From Bacteroidota bacterium (lineage in GTDB: Bacteria; Bacteroidota; Bacteroidia; Chitinophagales; Chitinophagaceae): DNA of 64,000 nt. The DNA lies in contig CANGQJ010000006.1 of assembly GCA_947456625.1 (NCBI GenBank), positions 42,259 to 106,258 on the forward strand, in the 5' to 3' direction. Below, piece after piece: positions 48,839 through 58,302 of the stretch (within the stretch, counting starts at the first letter, position 1; each line of letters begins with the position of its first letter). A model generated the notes under the pieces. That model was not told the origin of the DNA and did not search any database. It was given only the letters and a program-made list of their open reading frames with translations. Made by a program: the position numbers and the translations under genes.

Positions 48839-49972
48839 ATGATTCATTTTCTTGATTGGGCCGCGGGGATTTTAACCATTTTATATGCCATTTTATTAAT
48901 GGCTTATAGGTATTGGTTTGGTAAATTAAAATCCTTTGAACCTATTGCTGCCTTTACTCAAAATATACATTTTACGGTTGTGATTCCGGCCCGAAATGAG
49001 GAAGGAAATATTAAAGCCTGCCTGGATGCTATTTTAGCGCAGGATTATGATAAAAATAATTATGAAATTATTGTAATTGACGATTTTTCGGAGGACAATA
49101 CTGCAATAATTGTAAAAGGGTTTAGTGCCCAAAATGCTAATGTGCATTTATTGAGTATGTCGGATTATTTTAAGCCAGGGGAGATGAATTCTTTTAAGAA
49201 AAAAGCAATTGAAAAAGCAGTTAGTAAAGCTAAAGGAACTTGGATAGTTACCACGGACGCGGATTGTATTGTGCCTAATACTTGGCTTAGTTTATACAAT
49301 GCTTTTATAAATGAAAATAATTGTGTTTTTGTTGCAGCCCCTGTTATGTTTATTAAGGAAACAGGAATTTTAAATGAATTTCAAGTACTTGATTTTTTAG
49401 CGCTTCAAGGAATCACAGCAGCTGCAGTGGGCGCTGGCAAACATTCTATGAGCAATGGTGCAAATTTAGCATTTGAAAAATCGGCATTTATTGCAGTGGG
49501 GGGATACCAAGGCGTAGATCAAATTGCTAGTGGGGACGATATGTTTTTAATGCATAAAATGAAAGTAACTTTGTCCAATAAAATTGGCTATTTATTTCAT
49601 CCAGGTGCCATTGTTTTAACAAAGGCGATGCAAAATTGGAAGGACTTTTTAATGCAAAGAATTAGGTGGTCTAGTAAAGCAAGATATTACGACGACCGTT
49701 CAATTTTTTGGGTGTTATTACTTGTGTATTTGTATAATTTATCCATTCTCTTACTTTTATTAATGGGGGATTATGCAAGTGTTGTGATAACGATTGCGTT
49801 TAAAACTTTCTTTGAAATGTACTTCTTAGATCCTGTGGCAAAATTTTATAAAATGCCCAATGGATTACGCTATTTTCCTTTGTACCAGCCACTTCACATT
49901 ACTTATACCTTAGTAGCAGGGTTATTTGGGCAGGTAAAAACTTACACTTGGAAGGGTAGAAGGGTTAAATAA
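48839..49972 (+). CDS. GT2 family glycosyltransferase with transmembrane segments
   Basis: VVIPARNEE, DDFSED, TDAD, SGDD and QRIRW motifs. Confidence 0.92.
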   Translation: MIHFLDWAAGILTILYAILLMAYRYWFGKLKSFEPIAAFTQNIHFTVVIPARNEEGNIKACLDAILAQDYDKNNYEIIVIDDFSEDNTAIIVKGFSAQNANVHLLSMSDYFKPGEMNSFKKKAIEKAVSKAKGTWIVTTDADCIVPNTWLSLYNAFINENNCVFVAAPVMFIKETGILNEFQVLDFLALQGITAAAVGAGKHSMSNGANLAFEKSAFIAVGGYQGVDQIASGDDMFLMHKMKVTLSNKIGYLFHPGAIVLTKAMQNWKDFLMQRIRWSSKARYYDDRSIFWVLLLVYLYNLSILLLLLMGDYASVVITIAFKTFFEMYFLDPVAKFYKMPNGLRYFPLYQPLHITYTLVAGLFGQVKTYTWKGRRVK

Positions 49973-50024
49973 GGTCCAAATAAATGTTTTTTGAACCTTG
50001 TAATTACGTAATTTTGGGACCTAA

Positions 50025-51074
50025 ATGAACGCGTTTATGTCTACAGAAACTCTAGCACAAGCAGCTCCACTTACAGCAAAGGATTTTGCATCTGACCAAG
50101 AAGTACGTTGGTGCCCTGGTTGTGGTGATTATTCTATTTTAGCACAAGTACAAAAAGTAATGCCAACTATTGGTGTTCCAAAAGAAAACATTGTAGTAAT
50201 TAGCGGTATTGGATGTAGTAGCCGTTTTCCATATTACATGAATACTTATGGTATGCACTCTATTCATGGTCGTGCAACTGCTATTGCAAGTGGTTTAAAA
50301 GCATCTCGTCCAGAGTTAAGTGTTTGGATTGTGGCTGGTGATGGTGACTCTATGAGTATTGGTGGTAATCATACCATTCATATGATTAGAAGAAATTTTA
50401 ATGTTAATTTTTTAGTTTTCAATAATCAAATTTATGGTTTAACAAAAGGACAATATTCTCCAACTTCTGAAGTGAATAAAATCACAAAGAGTACTCCAAT
50501 GGGAAGTATTGACCATCCTTTTAATCCTGCTGCTTTAGCAATGGGTGCGGATGCAACCTTTGTAGGTCGTACCATGGATCGTGATCCTAAGCATATGCAA
50601 TATATGATCACAAGGGCGGAGCAACATAAGGGAACTAGTTTCTTAGAAATCTATCAAAACTGTAACATCTTTAATGATGGTGCATTTGAAATATTTACCG
50701 AAAAAGCAACTAAGCCATTACATGCTTTATTTGTAGAACAAGGAAAGCCATTAACTTTTGGTGCAAATGGTGAGCTAGGTTTACGCTTTGATGGCATGCG
50801 TCCTCAAGTAGTTACCATTGGTGAAAAATACAGTGCCGATGATTTATGGATACATGACGAAAAAGATTTTTATAAAGCTCAAATCTTAACACGTTTATTT
50901 GATAATCCAAATGAAGTAGGTGCAGTATTCCCTCGTCCATTTGGTGTGTTCTTCACAGCCGATCGTCCTTGTTATGAGGATATGATGGCTTTACAACTTG
51001 AAGAATCCTTAGTTAAAGGTCCGGGTGATTTGGATAAATTAATTCGTGGTCGTGAGACTTGGGAAATTAAATAG
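50025..51074 (+). CDS. korB: 2-oxoacid:ferredoxin oxidoreductase beta subunit
   Basis: WCPGCGD, SGIGC, HGR, GDGD and NNQIYGLTKGQ TPP-binding motifs. Confidence 0.93.
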   Translation: MNAFMSTETLAQAAPLTAKDFASDQEVRWCPGCGDYSILAQVQKVMPTIGVPKENIVVISGIGCSSRFPYYMNTYGMHSIHGRATAIASGLKASRPELSVWIVAGDGDSMSIGGNHTIHMIRRNFNVNFLVFNNQIYGLTKGQYSPTSEVNKITKSTPMGSIDHPFNPAALAMGADATFVGRTMDRDPKHMQYMITRAEQHKGTSFLEIYQNCNIFNDGAFEIFTEKATKPLHALFVEQGKPLTFGANGELGLRFDGMRPQVVTIGEKYSADDLWIHDEKDFYKAQILTRLFDNPNEVGAVFPRPFGVFFTADRPCYEDMMALQLEESLVKGPGDLDKLIRGRETWEIK

Positions 51075-51080
51075 TTTTTT

Positions 51081-51111
51081 AAAAGCGTCTCTGTAAAAGA
51101 GGCGCTTTTTT
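51081..51111. terminator. Intrinsic terminator (likely bidirectional) after korB
   Basis: AAAAGCGTCTCT-GTAAA-AGAGGCGCTTTTTT. Confidence 0.85.
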
Positions 51112-51146
51112 ATTTATAGCAAGTTATACTTGTAATAAATATAGTT

Positions 51147-51794
51147 TTACAAATCAATATAATTTCTTTTAAGGGCCGTCATAACCATGGCGGTCCTTTG
51201 TTTTACCTGCAATTTTTTAAATATCCGGTCTCGGTATCCATAAATGGTTTTGATACTTTTATGAAGTTCGTTTGCAATTTCATCATAGTTTAAATCCTTT
51301 GTGCAGGCTTGTATAAAGCCAATTTCGTTTTGCGTTAATGGACTTGCATTGTAACTTAATTCTTTAATTTCAATTGCACCAATTCGGTTGCTAGTGATTA
51401 GCTTAAGCTTGTTAGCAGATAATTTAAATTTAGTTCTGCTTCGTACACAATGTTTTAGATCTATTAATTCCTCGTCTGTAAAAAATATTCCATCTAGTCC
51501 ATTTTTTAGTAAAAAACAAATCCCTTTCATAAACTTAGCATCGGACTTTAATAAAATAAAACTGTGTTTGTGTTGTTGCTTTATGGCTTTAATAATTTTG
51601 ACCAAATTGGTGTAATGAAAACAATCTGAAATAATACAAAGATCGGGCGGGTAGGGGGCGGACTGAATATAGCCCATAAAATCTTGTAAGCTACTACTGC
51701 TATAAATTACCTTACAGTCTTGTTGTTTTTCAATGGCTAACTGAAAAGCATTTCTGATTAAAATTTTTTCTTCCAAGTAGGTGATGCTAAACAT
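51147..51794 (-). CDS. NarL/LuxR-type regulator with divergent receiver domain
   Basis: C-terminal LT..E...YDEIANELHKSIKTIYGYRDRIFKKL HTH; degenerate REC-like N-terminus. Confidence 0.8.
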   Translation of the reverse strand: MFSITYLEEKILIRNAFQLAIEKQQDCKVIYSSSSLQDFMGYIQSAPYPPDLCIISDCFHYTNLVKIIKAIKQQHKHSFILLKSDAKFMKGICFLLKNGLDGIFFTDEELIDLKHCVRSRTKFKLSANKLKLITSNRIGAIEIKELSYNASPLTQNEIGFIQACTKDLNYDEIANELHKSIKTIYGYRDRIFKKLQVKQRTAMVMTALKRNYIDL

Positions 51795-51865
51795 ATTATT
51801 TATTTATTACAAATAAAACATAAACGGTTCGTAATAAAAATGGGTACTTTTGCACAATAACATTT

Positions 51866-52474
51866 ATGCTAATTAGTATTCATCCAGACAATCCTCAGCC
51901 TAGACTTCTTTCACAAGTGAAAGCCTGTTTGGAATCGGGAGGTATTATTGCTTATCCCACGGATACGATTTATGGATTGGGTTGTGATATTTTTCATCCC
52001 GAAGCTGTAGAGAAAATTTGCGCAATCAAAAAAGTAAATCCAGAAAAAGCGAATTTAAGCTTCATATGCTCTGATCTAAGTGACTTGAGCTTATATGCTA
52101 AAGCAATTGATAATTCCTTATTTAGAATTTTAAAAAAAGTATTACCTGGCCCTTTTACTTTTATTTTACCTGCAAGTAAGCAAGTGCCCAAAATTTTACA
52201 ATCAAAGAAAAAAACAATTGGTCTTCGTATTCCCAATAACAATATTGCGCTATCTATAATTAAAACTTTAGGACATCCTATTTTATCGGCAAGTTTTCCT
52301 GGCGATAATATTGAGGACTATACCAATCCTGAAATTATTTACGAGCATTGGGGAAGTCAAATAAACATGGTTATTGACGGAGGCGTTGGTGGCATTGTAC
52401 CCTCTACTATAGTGGATTGTACAAGTAATGAGTACATTGTAACACGCCAAGGTGCTGGCATTTGGGATTTTTAA
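51866..52474 (+). CDS. Sua5/YciO/YrdC family protein (threonylcarbamoyl-AMP synthase-like)
   Basis: IHPDNPQPR, YPTDTIYGLGC, PGPFTFIL and IGLRIP; -7 TACTTTTG at 51845-51852. Confidence 0.92.
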   Translation: MLISIHPDNPQPRLLSQVKACLESGGIIAYPTDTIYGLGCDIFHPEAVEKICAIKKVNPEKANLSFICSDLSDLSLYAKAIDNSLFRILKKVLPGPFTFILPASKQVPKILQSKKKTIGLRIPNNNIALSIIKTLGHPILSASFPGDNIEDYTNPEIIYEHWGSQINMVIDGGVGGIVPSTIVDCTSNEYIVTRQGAGIWDF

Positions 52475-52525
52475 TTTACTTGTGTTTTATTTTATAAAAA
52501 TCCACGCCTTTTTTTAAGTGAATAG

Positions 52526-53128
52526 CTATAATATGGTAAGCTGTGGAGGTAAAATATTAAAACTTTTGCGGTGTTCAAAACAAAGGCCATGTGTTTCAAT
52601 GGCAGCCCTGTGTATGGCAGTACCGTATCCTTTATTTTTATCCCATCCGTAATTTGGATATTGTAAATGCGCTTTTTCCATATAAGCATCACGCGCTGTT
52701 TTAGCTAAAATACTTGCTGCTGCAATATGTGCGTATTTGCCATCCCCTTTTACAATAGTGGTATGTGGTATTTTTTTATAAGGATAAAACCTATTACCGT
52801 CCACTGCTATAAAACCAGGACGTTTTTTTAATTGATCTAATGCCAAGTGCATACATTTTATAGCAGCTTTTAAAATATTGGATGCGTCTATCTCGGCAGC
52901 GGTTTGCGAAGCAATGGCCCAGGCAATTGCGGACTTTTTGATGATGGGCTCTAGGGTTTGTCTTTGTTTTTCAGTTAGTTTTTTACTATCGTTTAACAGT
53001 GGGTGATAAAAGTTGGGTGGAAGTATAACAGCCGCTGCAAAAACAGGTCCTGCATAACATCCCCTGCCTGCTTCGTCACAGCCTGCCTCTATTAAATTGC
53101 TTTGAAAATGGTTTAGTAAAAGTGACAA
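52526..53128 (-). CDS. rnhB: Ribonuclease HII
   Basis: GCDEAGRG, DSKKL, DGN, KGD, IAAASILAK and HRKSF. Confidence 0.96.
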   Translation of the reverse strand: MSLLLNHFQSNLIEAGCDEAGRGCYAGPVFAAAVILPPNFYHPLLNDSKKLTEKQRQTLEPIIKKSAIAWAIASQTAAEIDASNILKAAIKCMHLALDQLKKRPGFIAVDGNRFYPYKKIPHTTIVKGDGKYAHIAAASILAKTARDAYMEKAHLQYPNYGWDKNKGYGTAIHRAAIETHGLCFEHRKSFNILPPQLTIL

Positions 53129-53208
53129 TCCTAATTTTTTAGTCCTGTAAATTTAAGCTATCCACGCATTACTTGCTACCTTTGTGGTGTATTCAATTTT
53201 AATTTAAA

Positions 53209-54294
53209 ATGGGCATTGAAATAGCTGAACATAAATCAAAAGCAGTAGCCAATTGGTTATTATTGGGGGTTGGAATGACAATTATTCAAATTGCATTAGG
53301 AGGAATAACCCGTTTAACTGGAAGTGGACTATCTATTACAGAGTGGGATGTGGTTACAGGCGCACTGCCACCTATGTCCCAAGCACATTGGCAGGAATTA
53401 TTTGCAAAATATAAAACTACACCTCAGTTTCAGCTTTTGAACTTTGACTTTACGCTTTCTAATTTTAAATTTATTTTTTTCTGGGAATGGTTTCACCGTT
53501 TATGGGCAAGAACTATTGGACTGGTCTTTGCAATTGGGTTTATTTATTTTTTTGTAAAAAAATATTTCAAATCAAGTATGATAAAGCCTTTAGTGGTTTT
53601 ATTTTTATTAGGTGCCTTGCAAGGCGCTATTGGTTGGATTATGGTGGCAAGTGGTTTGGAAGGGGATGCTGTTTATGTAAAGCCAACTCGTTTAGCATTA
53701 CATTTTATTTTTGCATTGGGCTTACTTGCATATACCTATTGGTTTGCTTTATCATTAAAAGCAAATGCTATTCAAAAAAGCAATATTAGTTCCCAAGGTC
53801 AAACTAAACTAGCAGGAATTAAAAAAATAGCTTGGTTAATACTTGTGATTTTATTTCTTCAATTAATATATGGTGCTTTAATGGCTGGGCATAAAGCCGC
53901 CAATGTAGCAAGTACTTGGCCTACTATTAATGGACAATGGGTTCCTATGGGATTATTTAATAAGGATTCCTTTTTATTAAATGCAGTGAATAATACCATT
54001 TGGATACATTTTGTACACCGCGGCCTAGCTTATATATTATTAGCACTTATTGTTTTTTGGTTTACACAAATGAAATCAATTCGTGCTAATGCATTTTGGG
54101 AAAAAGTAAAAATCTTGCCTTTAATTATTGTTTCTATTCAAGTGTTATTAGGAATTCTTACTATTTTATCAAGTGCACATATTGTTCCAGGCAGTTGGGC
54201 TGAATTTGAATGGTTTGCACAAATTCATCAGCTAGTAGGTATGTTATTATTATTAAGTGTGGTGAATATTATTTATGCAACCAAGGAAATTTAA
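53209..54294 (+). CDS. ctaA: Heme A synthase (COX15/CtaA)
   Basis: GGITRLTGSGLSITEW, WEWFHR and conserved His residues in transmembrane helices; -7 TACCTTTG at 53177-53184. Confidence 0.92.
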   Translation: MGIEIAEHKSKAVANWLLLGVGMTIIQIALGGITRLTGSGLSITEWDVVTGALPPMSQAHWQELFAKYKTTPQFQLLNFDFTLSNFKFIFFWEWFHRLWARTIGLVFAIGFIYFFVKKYFKSSMIKPLVVLFLLGALQGAIGWIMVASGLEGDAVYVKPTRLALHFIFALGLLAYTYWFALSLKANAIQKSNISSQGQTKLAGIKKIAWLILVILFLQLIYGALMAGHKAANVASTWPTINGQWVPMGLFNKDSFLLNAVNNTIWIHFVHRGLAYILLALIVFWFTQMKSIRANAFWEKVKILPLIIVSIQVLLGILTILSSAHIVPGSWAEFEWFAQIHQLVGMLLLLSVVNIIYATKEI

Positions 54295-54319
54295 ATAGCA
54301 ACAAATTAAATAGCGTCTT

Positions 54320-54964
54320 ATGAACAGAGATATTTCAAGCATCCGAAGAGATTATCAACTAGCATCACTAGACGAAGCTTCCAGTGCAGCTAACCCAATG
54401 GATCAGTTTGAGCATTGGTGGGAGGAGGCAATAAAAAGTAATATAGACGAAGTAAATGCGTTTGTTTTATCTACCATTAATGAAAAAGGTGCACCAGCGT
54501 CACGCGTGGTTTTATTAAAGAATTTTACTCCCGAGGGCTTTGTTTTTTATACCAATTATGAAAGCAATAAAGGAAAGGAAATAGCTACAAACCCTTTGGT
54601 TGCTATAAACTTTTTTTGGAAGGAGTTAGAAAGACAGGTACGTATCACTGGCTCCATTAAAAAAGTAAGTATGCAGGAGAGTGAAAAATATTTTCATTCC
54701 CGTCCTTTAGGTAGCCAAGTAGGTGCATGGTCCTCCCCTCAAAGTAAGGTAATACCAAATAGAGCCTATTTAGAAGATATTATGAATGCGAATTTAGATA
54801 AGTACAAGGAAGGCAATGTGCCCTTACCTCCACATTGGGGTGGTTATATAGTTCATCCAACCAGTATTGAATTTTGGCAGGGTAGAAGTTCGCGTTTACA
54901 CGACCGTTTATATTATACATTAAATGAAAATCACAGCTGGACCAAGGAACGTTTAGCACCATAA
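54320..54964 (+). CDS. pdxH: Pyridoxamine 5'-phosphate oxidase
   Basis: RVVLLK, YTNYESNKG, RQVRI and EFWQGRSSRLHDR. Confidence 0.96.
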   Translation: MNRDISSIRRDYQLASLDEASSAANPMDQFEHWWEEAIKSNIDEVNAFVLSTINEKGAPASRVVLLKNFTPEGFVFYTNYESNKGKEIATNPLVAINFFWKELERQVRITGSIKKVSMQESEKYFHSRPLGSQVGAWSSPQSKVIPNRAYLEDIMNANLDKYKEGNVPLPPHWGGYIVHPTSIEFWQGRSSRLHDRLYYTLNENHSWTKERLAP

Positions 54965-54998
54965 AAAAAAGAGCCTCTGTTTGGAGGCTCTTTTTTTT
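54963..54998. terminator. Bidirectional terminator between pdxH and transketolase C subunit
   Basis: AAAAAAAAGAGCCTC-TGTTTG-GAGGCTCTTTTTTTT between convergent genes. Confidence 0.9.
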
Positions 54999-55043
54999 AT
55001 ATCATTTAGTGAAGTAGTAAATTAATTTTATCTACTCTTTTAA

Positions 55044-56012
55044 CTATTTGTGCTTTCGAGCAATTACTTTGTTCGCAGCTTCTACAATATTCACGGCGTC
55101 TAATCCGTACTTGGTTAATAATTGAGTTGGTGTTCCGCTTTCTCCAAAAGTATCTTTTGTTCCTACATATTCTTGAGGCACAGGACAATTTTTAGCTGCC
55201 ACCTGTGCTACTACATCACCCATACCACCAATAATATTATGCTCTTCGGCTGTGACAACACAACCTGTTTTTTGTAAACTTTTAATAATTGCAGCTTCGT
55301 CCAAAGGCTTGATAGTATGTAAATTAATTACCTCAACACTAATACCTTGCTCCTCTAATTGTTTTCCTGCTTCAATTGCTTTCCAAACCAAGTGACCACA
55401 AGCAATAATAGTTACATCTGTTCCTTCGGCTAATATTTGTGCTTTACCAATTACAAAATCACTGCCATCCTCTTTTGTGAAGTTGGGCCATTTTGGACGA
55501 CCAAAGCGTAAGTATACTGGACCATGATAGTTAGCCACTGCTTTAGTTGCCGCTTTTGTTTGGTTATAATCACAAGGCACTACAACGGTCATACCTGGTA
55601 ACATTTTCATAAGTCCTATATCCTCTAATATTTGGTGTGTTGCACCATCCTCTCCTAATGTTAATCCTGCATGTGATGCACAAATTTTTACATTCTTATC
55701 TGAGTAAGCAACTGATTGTCTAATTTGATCATACACACGACCTGTACTAAATCCAGCAAAAGTAGTTGTGTAAGGAATTTTACCACCTATGGTTAAACCT
55801 GCAGCAATACCTATCATGTTTGCCTCGGCAATACCAACTTCAATAAACTGAGTAGGTAGCTCTTTCATTAATGGTCCTAATTTAAATGAACCAGCAAGGT
55901 CCGCAGTTAAAACTACTACGTCTTTATTTTCTCTAGCAATTTCTAAGATACCGTCACCAAATCCTGCTCTGGTTTCTTTTTCGTTTTGTGCTACAATGTC
56001 TTTTACGTTCAT
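55044..56012 (-). CDS. Transketolase C-terminal (pyrimidine-binding) subunit
   Basis: GIAEANM, YDQIRQ, GEDGATHQ, PVYLR, TIKPLD and EEH. Confidence 0.93.
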   Translation of the reverse strand: MNVKDIVAQNEKETRAGFGDGILEIARENKDVVVLTADLAGSFKLGPLMKELPTQFIEVGIAEANMIGIAAGLTIGGKIPYTTTFAGFSTGRVYDQIRQSVAYSDKNVKICASHAGLTLGEDGATHQILEDIGLMKMLPGMTVVVPCDYNQTKAATKAVANYHGPVYLRFGRPKWPNFTKEDGSDFVIGKAQILAEGTDVTIIACGHLVWKAIEAGKQLEEQGISVEVINLHTIKPLDEAAIIKSLQKTGCVVTAEEHNIIGGMGDVVAQVAAKNCPVPQEYVGTKDTFGESGTPTQLLTKYGLDAVNIVEAANKVIARKHK

Positions 56013-56060
56013 AAGGTATAGGTTGTGCTTTACAGCAATAAATTAAATAGTTGGTATCAA

Positions 56061-57707
56061 TTAATTTTCAAATGTAGAATAGAAATAAGGGGTTTTTGCT
56101 TCAAACTCTGCACTACAAGTATCAACCATTTTGTATACCCTTGTAATGCCTAGTGCTTTGCGTTTTTCATACACTGCGTCGTCGTTGGTGTTGCCGTGTA
56201 ATAGTTTTGCAATTTGCATATCGCTAAAGCCATGTTTTTTAGCTTCTTTTAATACCTCGGTTGGCAAGCTTTCTAAAGTATGCTTCATTAATTCTTTTTC
56301 AATATCGCAAATAATACGAATTTGATATAAGAACCAATTGTCAATGCCTGTTGCAGCTGCAATAGAGCGAACTGTTGAACCTTGCATTAAAGCATCTTTA
56401 ATACGGAAGATACGATCCCATTTTGGAGTTTTAATATACTCCATTAGTTCTTCGTTCTTCATTAAACTTTTTCCATAATATCCTAAACCAATAGCTTCGT
56501 TCTCTAAACTTTGACAAGCTTTTTGAATGGCTTCGGTAAAACTTCTTCCAATGGCCATTACTTCACCAACGCTTTTCATTTGTAATCCTAATGTATCATT
56601 GGCTCCTTTGAATTTATCAAAGTTCCAACGTGGTACTTTTACAATTACATAATCCAATGCAGGTTCAAAGTAGGCCGAAGTGGTTTGTGTAATTTGATTT
56701 TTTAATTCATCCAAATGATATCCTATTGCAAGCTTTGCTGCAATTTTTGCAATTGGGTAACCCGTTGCTTTTGAAGCTAATGCCGATGAACGAGATACAC
56801 GTGGATTAATTTCCACTGCAATTAATTCCTCGGTTGCTGGATTTAATGCAAACTGTACATTACAACCTCCCGAAAAGTTTCCTAAGCTACGCATCATGAG
56901 CATTGCCTTGTTACGCATTTCTTGAAACGCAGTATCACTCAATGTCATAGCAGGAGCTACAGTAATGGAATCACCAGTATGTACACCCATTGGATCCAAG
57001 TTTTCTACGGTACAAATAATTACAACGTTATCTGCTTGGTCTCTTAATAATTCTAATTCATATTCTTTCCATCCTAACACTGCTTTCTCTACTAACACTT
57101 CATGCATTGGAGAAGCCTTTAACCCTTTTTCTAATGCTGCGTCTAATTCGCTTGCATCATGTACAAATCCACCGCCTGTTCCACCTAGTGTAAATGAAGG
57201 GCGAATTACCAATGGGAATCCAATTTTTTGTGCAATTTCTTTTCCTTCTAAAAAACTATTTGCCACTTGGCTTGGCGCAACTGCCATTCCAATTTTCACC
57301 ATTAATTGTCTAAACTTTTCACGGTCCTCTGCGGTATCAATGGCTGCAACATCCACACCAATCATTCTACAATTGTATTGTTTCCAAAGTCCAATTTCGT
57401 CGGCTTCTTTACATAAGTTCAATGCGGTTTGACCTCCCATTGTTGGAAGCACTGCATCGATTTGATTTTCTTGTAAAATTTGCTCTAAGCTTTCAATAGT
57501 TAATGGCAATAAATAAACTTTATCGGCCATCATAGGATCGGTCATAATAGTAGCGGGATTGCTATTAATTAAAATAACTTTAATCCCCTCTTCCCTTAAG
57601 GAACGAGCTGCTTGTGAACCTGAATAATCAAACTCGCAGGCCTGTCCAATAATAATGGGTCCCGAACCTACAATTAATACGGATTTAATGGAAGTATCTC
57701 TTGGCAT
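56061..57707 (-). CDS. carB: Carbamoyl-phosphate synthase large subunit, N-terminal half only (548 aa)
   Basis: [45 protein letters not shown]; ends at [19 protein letters not shown]. Confidence 0.9.
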   Translation of the reverse strand: MPRDTSIKSVLIVGSGPIIIGQACEFDYSGSQAARSLREEGIKVILINSNPATIMTDPMMADKVYLLPLTIESLEQILQENQIDAVLPTMGGQTALNLCKEADEIGLWKQYNCRMIGVDVAAIDTAEDREKFRQLMVKIGMAVAPSQVANSFLEGKEIAQKIGFPLVIRPSFTLGGTGGGFVHDASELDAALEKGLKASPMHEVLVEKAVLGWKEYELELLRDQADNVVIICTVENLDPMGVHTGDSITVAPAMTLSDTAFQEMRNKAMLMMRSLGNFSGGCNVQFALNPATEELIAVEINPRVSRSSALASKATGYPIAKIAAKLAIGYHLDELKNQITQTTSAYFEPALDYVIVKVPRWNFDKFKGANDTLGLQMKSVGEVMAIGRSFTEAIQKACQSLENEAIGLGYYGKSLMKNEELMEYIKTPKWDRIFRIKDALMQGSTVRSIAAATGIDNWFLYQIRIICDIEKELMKHTLESLPTEVLKEAKKHGFSDMQIAKLLHGNTNDDAVYEKRKALGITRVYKMVDTCSAEFEAKTPYFYSTFEN

Positions 57708-57822
57708 AACTACAAAAATATAAATTGTGCAAATCTACTAAAATTGGAGCGCATTTTATAGGTTTTTAAGCCTAAACATTTTTCTCCTTTATATGTCTTA
57801 TCTTCACCTTAATTCAAGCATT

Positions 57823-58287
57823 ATGGCAGTTATAAAAGAAGGGGCTAAGGCTCCGGCATTTAAAGGGGTGGATCAGAACGGAAAAAACGTTGCTTTGGCC
57901 GATTATAAGGGTCAAAAACTAGTATTATACTTTTACCCAAAGGACGACACACCGGGTTGTACGGCCCAGGCTTGTAATCTTAGGGATAATTATAAGAAGC
58001 TTTTAAAAAAAGGCTTACAAGTGTTAGGTGTTAGTGTAGACTCGGTTAAGTCGCATGAAAAATTCATTACTAAGTACGAATTGCCTTTTTCTTTAATTGC
58101 GGACGAGGATAAAAAAATTGTAGACAAATACAATTTATGGGGCCAAAAGAAATTTATGGGTAAAACCTATATGGGCACCACACGTACCACTTTTTTAATT
58201 GACGAAGAAGGGATTGTAAAACATATTATTGAAAAGCCCGACACCAAGGACCATAGTGCTGAAATATTAGCAATAAGTGGTTGGTAA
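57823..58287 (+). CDS. bcp: Thioredoxin-dependent thiol peroxidase (BCP/PrxQ)
   Basis: YFYPKDDTPGCTAQAC; ATG at 57823 (ORF track 57793). Confidence 0.93.
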   Translation: MAVIKEGAKAPAFKGVDQNGKNVALADYKGQKLVLYFYPKDDTPGCTAQACNLRDNYKKLLKKGLQVLGVSVDSVKSHEKFITKYELPFSLIADEDKKIVDKYNLWGQKKFMGKTYMGTTRTTFLIDEEGIVKHIIEKPDTKDHSAEILAISGW

Positions 58288-58302
58288 ATAATTGCGAAGC
58301 CC

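Noticed and set aside
56013-56063. carB frameshift pseudogene
   Set aside because: No second-half sequence follows the stop; the next gene starts 48 bp later and the end matches a domain boundary.
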